Part shown: piece after piece, positions 9,899 to 18,046 of the stretch
How the letters are laid out: every line of letters begins with the position of its first letter
Numbering within the stretch: the stretch's first letter is position 1
DNA from: Treponemataceae bacterium
Lineage (GTDB): Bacteria > Spirochaetota > Spirochaetia > Treponematales > Rectinemataceae
DNA: 64,000 nt
Direction: 5' to 3'
NCBI GenBank assembly: GCA_963667725.2
Contig: CAXXHO010000003.1
Span: 64,001-128,000 of the forward strand
Translations under genes and position numbers: made by a program
The notes under the pieces: generated by a model
What the model saw: the letters and a program-made list of their open reading frames with translations, nothing else
What the model was told of the DNA's origin: nothing
Database searches by the model: none

Positions 9899-10438
9899 TT
9901 AATTGACGCTAAGAGAAACGTGGAGGACATCGCGATAGTCGCCGGCGCCCCAATCGGAACCTTCGGCTATTCCTGTCACTTCGACGGAATAGTCGAATGG
10001 CTCCCCGTTGGCGCCATATTTTGTTTTCTCGCCGAAGGTGGCGACAAGTTCAGTTCCAAGCGCAGTTGGGACGGTTTGGGCAATTATTCTCTCCGCAGGA
10101 TTGGCCGCCGTGCTATTGAACGTGAAGGTATAGGGAATCAAATCCCCGCCGGATACATAGCTCGAAGTGAGCGCATCCCATTCCGCGAGCGCCCCCTTTT
10201 CGGCATAGACCCTGAATCGCCAGGAAGAATGATTGCTTCTGATAACGATGGTTCCGGTGGCCGTATTCAAGCCTGTGGTGCTGAGCGGACCGAAAGAAAG
10301 ATCCTGAAGCGATAGAATGTAAATATGCTTTGAGACATTGGAAGTAACCGTTATATCGGTATCCTCGGAGGCTGTCTGAGCGCTGAGATATCCAACACAA
10401 GCCAGACACAGAAAAAACCACACCATCAACTTTTTCAT
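9899..10438 (-). CDS. fimbrial subunit (spore coat U/Csu-like)
   Basis: MKKLMVW signal peptide; IRSNHSSW, VYAEKG and IPYTFTFNS shared with its neighbour; terminal AGDYRDVLHVSLSVN. Confidence 0.75.
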   Translation of the reverse strand: MKKLMVWFFLCLACVGYLSAQTASEDTDITVTSNVSKHIYILSLQDLSFGPLSTTGLNTATGTIVIRSNHSSWRFRVYAEKGALAEWDALTSSYVSGGDLIPYTFTFNSTAANPAERIIAQTVPTALGTELVATFGEKTKYGANGEPFDYSVEVTGIAEGSDWGAGDYRDVLHVSLSVN

Positions 10439-10510
10439 ATAGAGCCCCTTTTCGCGGCGGCATCGCGACCACATGCTACATATGTTTTGTTTTCGTCAAC
10501 CATGACGGCA

Positions 10511-11257
10511 TTATTCGATCTCCGCATCGAAGGCACCCTCGTAGGTTGCTCCTATCACCGCAGCCTCCCAGGGCACGAAAAAAGTTCTCTCCGACAAGGC
10601 CAAAATGTTCTGCCCGTCGATGCCGGCGGCAGCCTCGCCAGAAAACTCCCTCGGGGTCGATCCCGAGCTTTCATTGATACGGATCATAGGATTCGAGAGA
10701 AGGGCATGTTTTGTCCCTTCGTTTTTAACGGTCACCTGAAGTCCGGCTTTTCCGTCCTTCTGGGCGCCGACAGCTTGCGAAAAAATGAGTTTGGGCGACG
10801 CGTTCTTCGGCGTCACGTACAGCGCGGCCACGTAAGTCAGCAGAATGCTCACTCCCGAAGTCGCCGACTTGGTGAAATCGACCGGCAGCTGCTCGGCGAT
10901 GACCCTGAAGGCGCTTTCGCTGGCGATGGCGGGACTGCCTCGGTACTGCACCTTGACGTTCTGGGAGCTATTGGCTTTCAGCACCACGCGGGAAGGGAAC
11001 ACCAAAAAGAGTTTGTCGGCGGGTTCGTTCTTCTCGACGCCGGAAGCGTCGATCGTTCTCGTGGTCACCTTTATGGATACAGCCGTTTGCTGGTCCGATT
11101 CGTTCGTCACTTTATAGGTCATTACGGCGTTCGCGCCCGACGGAGCTATCGACACCGTCATCGGCGAAAAGGAAAACGCGGCTGCCGTGGCAATAGAAAC
11201 GATAAGATAGAAAGCAACCGCCATGAGTGAACGTTTGCCCAAAGGGAATCTTCTCAT
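10511..11257 (-). CDS. periplasmic fimbrial chaperone, copy 2
   Basis: Mature region identical to 8415-9167; different signal peptide. Confidence 0.85.
   Translation of the reverse strand: MRRFPLGKRSLMAVAFYLIVSIATAAAFSFSPMTVSIAPSGANAVMTYKVTNESDQQTAVSIKVTTRTIDASGVEKNEPADKLFLVFPSRVVLKANSSQNVKVQYRGSPAIASESAFRVIAEQLPVDFTKSATSGVSILLTYVAALYVTPKNASPKLIFSQAVGAQKDGKAGLQVTVKNEGTKHALLSNPMIRINESSGSTPREFSGEAAAGIDGQNILALSERTFFVPWEAAVIGATYEGAFDAEIE
10512..11192. repeat. 681 bp direct repeat, copy 2
   Basis: Matches 8416-9096. Confidence 0.95.
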
Positions 11258-11361
11258 AATAAATCCTTTTAAATCTCTACCTAATGCCTAATCGATTTTA
11301 CCCATGATGTCAATTATCTGGCGCTAGTTATTTATCGGATCAATGAATGTAAAAAATTATG

Positions 11362-11390
11362 AAAAAAGCGGCCACGATAAGCGGCCGCTT
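11362..11390 (-). terminator. intrinsic terminator after pilin 11415-11987
   Basis: Minus strand AAGCGGCC-GCTTATCGT-GGCCGCTT-TTTT. Confidence 0.65.
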
Positions 11391-11414
11391 CGAAGAAGGC
11401 TAAAGGGGGTTCAA

Positions 11415-11987
11415 TTAATTAGTCGTAATCTTGACGTTTACAGTGTCGGTGTACACGCCGGCGTCCCAGAATTCTTCAGCATCTTGGGCGGTGATGGCTA
11501 TTTTCATGTCGACCGCTTCGCCAGCTATTAATGTTTTGCCAGTCTTTTCATAATATCCATCGCCGGAAGTAGGATAATTGTCATCAGGAAGGGTGACATA
11601 TCCCTCATTCCAGTCATGGGCTCCGGAGACTTTTACAAAGGCGAAGGTGTAGGGGATATCGACAGTCATCGTTGCGCCCACAGGATCATCACTTGTATCA
11701 CGAACTAACTTGCTTCCATTATCAGAATAGACTTGAACAATCCACTTCTTGTAGTTCGTCGTAATGGTAGCGGTGGCAACTTTATGAGCAGATACACCAG
11801 CTGATAAAAGGGTAAACTCGTTTCCGTCAGTGCCAGTAACGGGATCAATCGCTAATGCAACGTATTTGTTTACATGAGCGGTAAGATCAAGAGTATCGCT
11901 TGCTGTGGTGACCGGTGCCGCAGGCTGGGCAAAAGAAAAACCAACGGCGATTAAGGTAAAAAGAAACACAATACCAAACTTTTTCAT
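11415..11987 (-). CDS. fimbrial subunit, candidate major pilin
   Basis: MKKFGIVF signal peptide, IPYTFAF, terminal AGVYTDTVNVKITTN; has its own promoter and terminator; AT-richer codons than its neighbours. Confidence 0.75.
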   Translation of the reverse strand: MKKFGIVFLFTLIAVGFSFAQPAAPVTTASDTLDLTAHVNKYVALAIDPVTGTDGNEFTLLSAGVSAHKVATATITTNYKKWIVQVYSDNGSKLVRDTSDDPVGATMTVDIPYTFAFVKVSGAHDWNEGYVTLPDDNYPTSGDGYYEKTGKTLIAGEAVDMKIAITAQDAEEFWDAGVYTDTVNVKITTN

Positions 11988-12077
11988 ATAACACCTCTTT
12001 TGCGGGTTAATCCGCAAACTTACTTTTTTCGGATAGGTTATCCAAAAATGGGTAGCCAATCCTTTTTCTTTGCAGTT

Positions 12078-12106
12078 ACTATAATTCCTACACATAAAAC
12101 TGTCAA
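12078..12106 (-). promoter_or_regulatory. sigma70-type promoter of pilin 11415-11987
   Basis: TTGACA-N17-TATAGT. Confidence 0.7.
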
Positions 12107-12152
12107 TACTCAAGCACAAAAAAATTGTTAAAAACAAATAATTCGAAAAAAT

Positions 12153-12656
12153 CTACGAAATCGTCACCGTGATCGTCACGATATCGCTGTAGGTGTCGGC
12201 GACGACTGGTTGGTCAAGATCTTCAAGTCGAGTGTAGCTTATGCTTACCGGGTATTCCACGGTCGCTTTCGCCACGAGCGTGGAGTAGGTCATCTCAAAG
12301 TCGGATGACAGGTCGATTCGGTCAACTGTCCCGAATCCCATTGTATACGGATAAAGATCGTTGTTTCCCGGGGTTTTTCCCGACAGTTTGCCGGCATTTT
12401 TGGAGTTGATGCTTATCGTCCAGATACCCTTCGTATTCGTGTAGACAATCACTTTGCCGAGATAAGCCGTGTTGGCGTTGACCAAATCCACAGTTTCTAT
12501 GTCGGTCATATCGGTGCTTAGCGTGAATACGGTCGGGACGATGCCCTGTATTTCCGTGGTCAAAACTTTAGTGGTCTGGGAATATGTCCCAAACGCGGCA
12601 GCGAGGAAAAGGAAAAACGCCAATACTTTTTTTATTGTCATAGTTGTTATACTCAT
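12153..12656 (-). CDS. fimbrial subunit
   Basis: Signal peptide, WTISINSKNAG, YPYT, terminal ADTYSDIVTITVTIS; start could be 12641. Confidence 0.75.
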   Translation of the reverse strand: MSITTMTIKKVLAFFLFLAAAFGTYSQTTKVLTTEIQGIVPTVFTLSTDMTDIETVDLVNANTAYLGKVIVYTNTKGIWTISINSKNAGKLSGKTPGNNDLYPYTMGFGTVDRIDLSSDFEMTYSTLVAKATVEYPVSISYTRLEDLDQPVVADTYSDIVTITVTIS

Positions 12657-12740
12657 TGATAGAAACTTCGAATCGATTCATCCAGAGGGGCGATAATCAA
12701 CTGGTGAGTGTCGCCCCTCTCTTTGTCACCCTGAGACTTC

Positions 12741-13199
12741 TCAGAGGGTGGCAACTGTGATGGTAATCGTGTCCTTGTAGGTATCCGCCGCGAGGCCCAG
12801 CGAAGAAGCCGTGGCATAATAAGCGGTCAAGGGATAATTGAGCACGCCGGTGCCAGTGATCGTGGCTGTCCTATCGGCGGAGAGCGACAGGTTGTTAATG
12901 GAGGCGATGGACACTGTGTAGTCGTAGTGATTTGAGAGCGACTCGCCTTTCATATACCCGCCATTAAGAGAGTGAACGGTGATTGTCCAGCTGCCTGTGG
13001 TGTTCGAGGTTATCGTGACTGAACCTAGGCTTGCCTGGGTCGCGGTAACATCGATCGTCGTGGTGGCGGGCAGGTCGCCGGTTACTCCCACGCTCGCTCC
13101 AACGACGGCGATGATCTGGGTGCTTGAAGTGTTGCCTGCAGAAAATACGGGTGTTGACGCAAGAAGGGCAACAATGGCAAACAGTACAAACTTTTTCAT
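12741..13199 (-). CDS. fimbrial subunit
   Basis: Signal peptide, WTITVHSLNGG, terminal ADTYKDTITITVATL. Confidence 0.75.
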   Translation of the reverse strand: MKKFVLFAIVALLASTPVFSAGNTSSTQIIAVVGASVGVTGDLPATTTIDVTATQASLGSVTITSNTTGSWTITVHSLNGGYMKGESLSNHYDYTVSIASINNLSLSADRTATITGTGVLNYPLTAYYATASSLGLAADTYKDTITITVATL

Positions 13200-13245
13200 A
13201 ATACCTCTTTTGGGCGGATTGTCGCCCGACTTTTATCTTTATCAT

Positions 13246-13275
13246 ATAATATGAACGGATGGAGCGATATGTCAA
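13246..13275 (-). promoter_or_regulatory. sigma70-type promoter of the first fimbrial gene
   Basis: TTGACA-N18-TATTAT. Confidence 0.6.
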
Positions 13276-13424
13276 TAGTTCGGATAGTACTTCTTTATGC
13301 TTTTTTCTGAATACTTTGAGCGGCAAGAATGATATATCGAGGAGAAAAACTTCTTGACATGATCGGGGCTGGCAGGATATATCTTCACCGTGTCCTGCCC
13401 GTAAATGGGTAGCTTTAGGGATTT

Positions 13425-13498
13425 GGGCGGTTAGCTCAGTTGGTTAGAGCACCAGTATGACACGCTGGGGGTCGCAAGTTCGACTCTTGCACCGCCCA
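13425..13498 (+). tRNA. tRNA-Val(GAC)
   Basis: GGGCGGT..ACCGCCC acceptor stem, D arm GCTC/GAGC, anticodon arm CCAGT-ATGACAC-GCTGG, T loop GTTCGAC; CCA not encoded. Confidence 0.95.
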
Positions 13499-13506
13499 TA
13501 ATCGTC

Positions 13507-13543
13507 AAAGGCCGTCAACGATGAAATCGCTGACGGCCTTTTT
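13507..13543 (+). terminator. intrinsic, possibly bidirectional, terminator
   Basis: AAAGGCCGTCA..TGACGGCCTTTTT between tRNA-Val and the convergent OmpA-domain gene. Confidence 0.75.
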
Positions 13544-13550
13544 CTATAAT

Positions 13551-16500
13551 CTACTTTTTGATCAGCACGAATTCCACACGTCGGTTCTTCCACCTGTTCT
13601 CCGCATCTTGGAATTCCACTACGGGTCTGCTCGAGCCAAGGCCGACGACGCTGAGGAGCTTGGCGTCAACGCCGTTCCGCACCAGCATGTCTCGTACCAG
13701 CTCGGCCCTGCCGGCGGACAAGGGAATCAGCTCCCTGCTTTCTTCGATGTTGATTTTCGCCTGCGACAAACCCATAATCTTGGCCGCGCTGTTCGCGTGG
13801 CCTTCAATCCTGATTCTATAGTCCGGGTATTTGTTCAATATCTGGGCAATTCTCGCTACTACTTCCTCGTTCCGCGCGACAATCTCGGGCGATAGGTTGA
13901 GGAAATCCGCGAAGTTAGCCCTGAACACGATCGAGGGAACCTTGATCATGAACCGGCTTCCATCGCGTATCACGAGGACGTCGACCGCGATGACGCCTGA
14001 GATGGTCGTACTATTCCCCAACGCATCATGGGCCACGAATTTGAAAGGATAGTCTGTCGCCGACTCGACAAGAGCGCCGCTGGCCGACTTTCCATCCCAG
14101 GCGATCGTGGCTGGAGGATTTCCCTTGCCGCTCCATTCCGTGAATCGTCGCTCGGTTGCCGCAGTCCTGGGGCTACTCGATTCAACGGTGGCGGTCTCGA
14201 ACACCTTCAGGTTCCAATCGACGATTCCCGCCTCCGCGTCCGCGCCGATGTGGAAGTTCAACGTGTCATCTACCCCATCCCCATCGGGGCTGAAGCGTTG
14301 TACATCGACGCCGACGGTCATAGCGGGCGGAGAGGCGTCGACGAGAACCGACGCGCTGGACGCCTGAGCAAAGTCGCCCTTCGCGTAGAAGACGCTAAGT
14401 TTACCTATAAACTTGCCCCGAACCACCTGACCTTGGAGATCGCGACCGTCCCATACAATTTGCTCGGGCAATTCTGAACCCGTGCCGTCGAAGAAGCGCT
14501 TCTCCGTGCCCTCTTCATCGACAAGGGAGAATCTCCAGGACTCGATTCCTTCCCGCCGCTCGATGCCGATGGAAAAGGACAGCTTGTCGTGTATTCCGTC
14601 GCCGTTGGGTGATATGCCAGTATTGGAGGCGGTCACCTTTACTTTTGGTATTGTTCCGTCCACCGTGATGGCGGGAATATTGGCCGATGAGGTGTTGCCC
14701 GCAATATCAGCAGCTTTCACTTCATAGCTATAGACGCCATCTTCGACGATCGATCCAGCCGAGTCCCTTCCATCCCAGGTGAAGTTTTTGGCTTCGGATT
14801 TCCATGACCAGGACCGAACGATCGCACTCGAGGCATTCCTTATGAGTCCGGTCCAGTCGTCGCCTATGGAGGAATTCTGAGCGATGACTACCGTATCTTT
14901 GTTGCCGTCGCCGTTGGGAGAGAAAAGAATAGGCGAAGCCTCGACCGAGATCCTCGGGGCTTTCGTGTCGAGCATGATCGCTGGGCTGAGGGACGAGAAT
15001 ACTTCGTCGTCGCTGAACCGAACATTCAGCGCGACTTGGTAATCGCCATCCGGGGCGCGGGCGCCATAATCTGTGCTGCCATCCCAAGCATAACTATCGC
15101 TGGTGCTCATCGAGCCCTTCCATGACTTAATAGGGGCGGAGTCGCGATTCCCTGACGCGTCGAGGCCGTAAATGACAACCTCGTATTGCCTAATCACCGG
15201 GATCGCCGGCACATGCGTACGAATATTCATTATATCCCGCATGCCGTCGCCGTTCGGGCTGAACGCCTTCTGGTCTAGGTTGATAAGAATTGCCTTTTTA
15301 GCGATGGCTTTTTCGACAGAAAGCCGCTCGGCCGCCAGACGATTCGCCTCTCTCAATCGGTCCTGGGTATCGGTCAATTGACGTTCGGCCTCGGCTTTTT
15401 CGGCATTCAAGCGCGATATTTCCGCTTCCTTCGAAGCGAGGTTTGCCGCCAATTCCGCGGCTTGCCTGTTCGCTTCCCTGGCGATGGCGGAGGCCCTGTC
15501 CGCTTCAGCCTTTTTTGCCGCGAGCCTCGCTTCGCCGAGAATCCTGAGCGCCGCTTCGGCAACCGAAGATTTGCGTTCGTCCGCAGCCGCTTTCGCTCGC
15601 TCCAGAGCGAGGCCCTCCGAGAATTTCGCCCAGGCAGCGATTCTGTGGGCTTCCGTAAACGCGGAAGCTGAGGCTTTATAATCCGTCGCGGCGTCGGCGA
15701 AATCGCCGTATTCGCGCTTCTGGTCGCCGTCGGCCATCAAGAAAGAGGCGAGCAAGTATTCTTTTTGGGCATTGAATTCCGCCGATGCGGCGTCAGCGGC
15801 CTGTTTTGCGGTCGTGGCTTGTGTTCTCGTCTCCGAAGCGTACTGTTCCGCACCCCAGGCAAGTATATGGCTGCAGTCGCGCGCCGCAATCTTGAGTTTT
15901 TCCGTTCCCGCCCTGATCGAATCATTGGAACCCGAATCATAGAGATCGCGATCCTCGGCTCTAAGCCTTTCGGCCTCCGCCGCGTGGAAGGGAGAATAAT
16001 GGCCGAAACCGCTTTTCGCGACCTGAGTGTAAAGTGCCTCCACATCGGCTTTCATCGCTGCCGATTCGTAGAGCAGGGAAGCTCGCTTATAGGACGCGAT
16101 GGACGCTCTGTATTCCTTATTGGCATGGAAATCCTGGGCGTAGATCCATTCAGCTTCAGCGTTTTCGAAACGATCGGCCGCTTCGGAGGCCGAGTCGCGA
16201 GACCGAGCATATTCTGCCGCAGCGGAGGCTTTTTCCATTTCGGCCTCTGATCTCAGGGGCAAGCCTTCTTCGAGCAGCGCCTGCAGATCCGCTTCGGCGC
16301 CGCTCAGCATGATAGCGACGTGATAGGCGGAGATCCCGTTGAAGGGAATCTGACGGATCTCAACTTCGTAATATGCTTTTGCGTCCTGAAACCCCTCAAG
16401 GGTTGTCGCCGTTTTCACGGGCAGGATGGTATCTATTCCGTAAGACTTAATTTCTTGAGCGCAGAGGTTGACTATCCCGAACAGATTCCGGAATGCGGGT

Positions 16501-16715
16501 TCTGTTATCGCGGGCTTCGGGATGATGGTAGTGGTTGTCGTAGCCGGCGCTGCTTGAACGATGACGAGAGGCGGCAAGGGTATAATGGTCGACGTCGTGG
16601 TTATCGCGGGACCGGCTTCCGTCGTGATCAAAGCCACATCGGGTTGTACCGCGCAGGAGGCAAGGAAAAGGAGTAACAAAAACAAGGACAAAAAAACAAC
16701 TTTTTTTCTTTCCAC
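13551..16715 (-). CDS. large lipoprotein: helical/coiled-coil N-half, four FlgD-Ig/CHU_C-like repeats, C-terminal OmpA peptidoglycan-binding domain
   Basis: Lipobox FLASC; four (F/I)SP(N/D)GDG..WDG modules; RIEGHAN..LSAGRAE..GLGSSRP..NRRVEF. Confidence 0.85.
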   Translation of the reverse strand: MERKKVVFLSLFLLLLFLASCAVQPDVALITTEAGPAITTTSTIIPLPPLVIVQAAPATTTTTIIPKPAITEPAFRNLFGIVNLCAQEIKSYGIDTILPVKTATTLEGFQDAKAYYEVEIRQIPFNGISAYHVAIMLSGAEADLQALLEEGLPLRSEAEMEKASAAAEYARSRDSASEAADRFENAEAEWIYAQDFHANKEYRASIASYKRASLLYESAAMKADVEALYTQVAKSGFGHYSPFHAAEAERLRAEDRDLYDSGSNDSIRAGTEKLKIAARDCSHILAWGAEQYASETRTQATTAKQAADAASAEFNAQKEYLLASFLMADGDQKREYGDFADAATDYKASASAFTEAHRIAAWAKFSEGLALERAKAAADERKSSVAEAALRILGEARLAAKKAEADRASAIAREANRQAAELAANLASKEAEISRLNAEKAEAERQLTDTQDRLREANRLAAERLSVEKAIAKKAILINLDQKAFSPNGDGMRDIMNIRTHVPAIPVIRQYEVVIYGLDASGNRDSAPIKSWKGSMSTSDSYAWDGSTDYGARAPDGDYQVALNVRFSDDEVFSSLSPAIMLDTKAPRISVEASPILFSPNGDGNKDTVVIAQNSSIGDDWTGLIRNASSAIVRSWSWKSEAKNFTWDGRDSAGSIVEDGVYSYEVKAADIAGNTSSANIPAITVDGTIPKVKVTASNTGISPNGDGIHDKLSFSIGIERREGIESWRFSLVDEEGTEKRFFDGTGSELPEQIVWDGRDLQGQVVRGKFIGKLSVFYAKGDFAQASSASVLVDASPPAMTVGVDVQRFSPDGDGVDDTLNFHIGADAEAGIVDWNLKVFETATVESSSPRTAATERRFTEWSGKGNPPATIAWDGKSASGALVESATDYPFKFVAHDALGNSTTISGVIAVDVLVIRDGSRFMIKVPSIVFRANFADFLNLSPEIVARNEEVVARIAQILNKYPDYRIRIEGHANSAAKIMGLSQAKINIEESRELIPLSAGRAELVRDMLVRNGVDAKLLSVVGLGSSRPVVEFQDAENRWKNRRVEFVLIKK

Positions 16716-16878
16716 ATCGATATCCTATATACTTATTGTAATTAGCCGATGGTTTTTTTCTGGATAAATGATAACAGATAACGGATTTAGGGGCAACAGC
16801 ATTTGCCCGCCCGCGATGGTTTTTTACTATCAGTACTTGACAAAGGAAGATGCTTACGGTAAGAATCATCCCCGAAAC

Positions 16879-16951
16879 GCCGCTGTAGCTCAGTTGGTAG
16901 AGCAATGGACTGAAAATCCATGTGTCATCAGTTCAATTCTGATCGGCGGCA
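16879..16951 (+). tRNA. tRNA-Phe(GAA)
   Basis: GCCGCTG..CGGCGGC acceptor stem, anticodon arm ATGGA-CTGAAAA-TCCAT, T loop GTTCAAT. Confidence 0.95.
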
Positions 16952-16977
16952 AACCACCCCTTAGGGTGGTTTTTTTA
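16951..16977 (+). terminator. intrinsic terminator after tRNA-Phe
   Basis: AAACCACCC-CTTA-GGGTGGTTT followed by a T run. Confidence 0.8.
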
Positions 16978-17046
16978 TGCCCTGAGCCGATCTCTGGCTC
17001 CATCAGCCCGCTTCCGGGATTCATCGTTTCTTAGTATTATAAAAGC

Positions 17047-18024
17047 ATGAAAATACTGATCATTGGCGGAGCCGGCTATATCGGCAGCCACGTGGCGAGG
17101 CTTTTCGCCGACAAGGGTCATAAGGTCGATATCGCGGATAATCTTTCGACGGGCAGCGAGGAAAATCTTTTTCCCGACTACGGGTTTTTCCAGGGCGACA
17201 TTCTCGACTATCCCTGGCTTCTCGGCGTGATGGGGAAGGGCTACGACGCCATCGTTCATCTCGCGGCGTCGAAGGCCGCGGGCGAGTCGATGCTGGCGCC
17301 GGAAAAGTACGCCAGGCAGAATATAAGCGGAACCATCAATATTCTCAATGCCGCGTGCGAGGCGGGCATCCACGCCATCGTCTTCTCTTCCTCCGCGGCG
17401 GTATACGGAGAGCCGCGGTACCTGCCCATCGACGAAGCCCATCCCCAGAACCCGGAAAACTTCTATGGCTTCACGAAGCTGGAGATCGAGAGGATTCTGG
17501 CCTGGTACGATAGGCTGAAGGGGCTGAAATTCGCCGCCCTGCGCTATTTCAACGCCGCCGGATACGATCCCGCCGGCCGCGTCCATGGACTGGAGAAGAA
17601 TCCCGCCAATCTCATTCCCGTGATCATGGAAACCGCGGCGGGCATGCGTCCCGCGCTTAAGATTTTCGGGCTGGACTATGCCACGCCCGACGGCTCGGGC
17701 GTCAGGGACTACATCCATGTCAGCGATCTGGCCGAGGCGCACCTGCTCGCCCTTGAATATATCCTACGCGAGAAGGCCAGCCTCACCGTGAATCTTGGTT
17801 CCGAGGAAGGTCTCTCGGTGCTCGAGATCCTCGAGGCCGCGAGGAGGATCACTGGCGCGCCCATCGCGACCGAGATCTGCGAGCGCAGGCCCGGGGACCC
17901 GGCCAAGCTGGTGGCTTCGAGCGCCAAGGCCAAGAAATTATTAGGCTGGGAAGCGAAGCATTCCGATGTCGAAAGCTTGATCGCGACGACATGGAATGCC
18001 TATCGGCTTTCCTTGGACAAATAA
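17047..18024 (+). CDS. galE: UDP-glucose 4-epimerase
   Basis: GGAGYIGSH, FSSSAAVYG, YGFTK, LRYFNAAG, DYATPDGSGVRDYIHV, RRPGDP. Confidence 0.95.
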   Translation: MKILIIGGAGYIGSHVARLFADKGHKVDIADNLSTGSEENLFPDYGFFQGDILDYPWLLGVMGKGYDAIVHLAASKAAGESMLAPEKYARQNISGTINILNAACEAGIHAIVFSSSAAVYGEPRYLPIDEAHPQNPENFYGFTKLEIERILAWYDRLKGLKFAALRYFNAAGYDPAGRVHGLEKNPANLIPVIMETAAGMRPALKIFGLDYATPDGSGVRDYIHVSDLAEAHLLALEYILREKASLTVNLGSEEGLSVLEILEAARRITGAPIATEICERRPGDPAKLVASSAKAKKLLGWEAKHSDVESLIATTWNAYRLSLDK

Positions 18025-18046
18025 AATAAACCACAAGGAGAACGCA

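Noticed and set aside
8262..11230. Duplicated plus-strand ORFs 8262-9134 and 10487-11230
   Set aside because: Reverse-frame readings of the duplicated chaperone, not separate genes.
11285..11313. Promoter for chaperone copy 2
   Set aside because: TTGACA is present on the minus strand but there is no convincing -10 at 16-18 bp.
4905..13300. Invertible phase-variation switch in the fimbrial locus
   Set aside because: No long inverted repeats around the promoters and no recombinase were seen; the only long repeat is direct.
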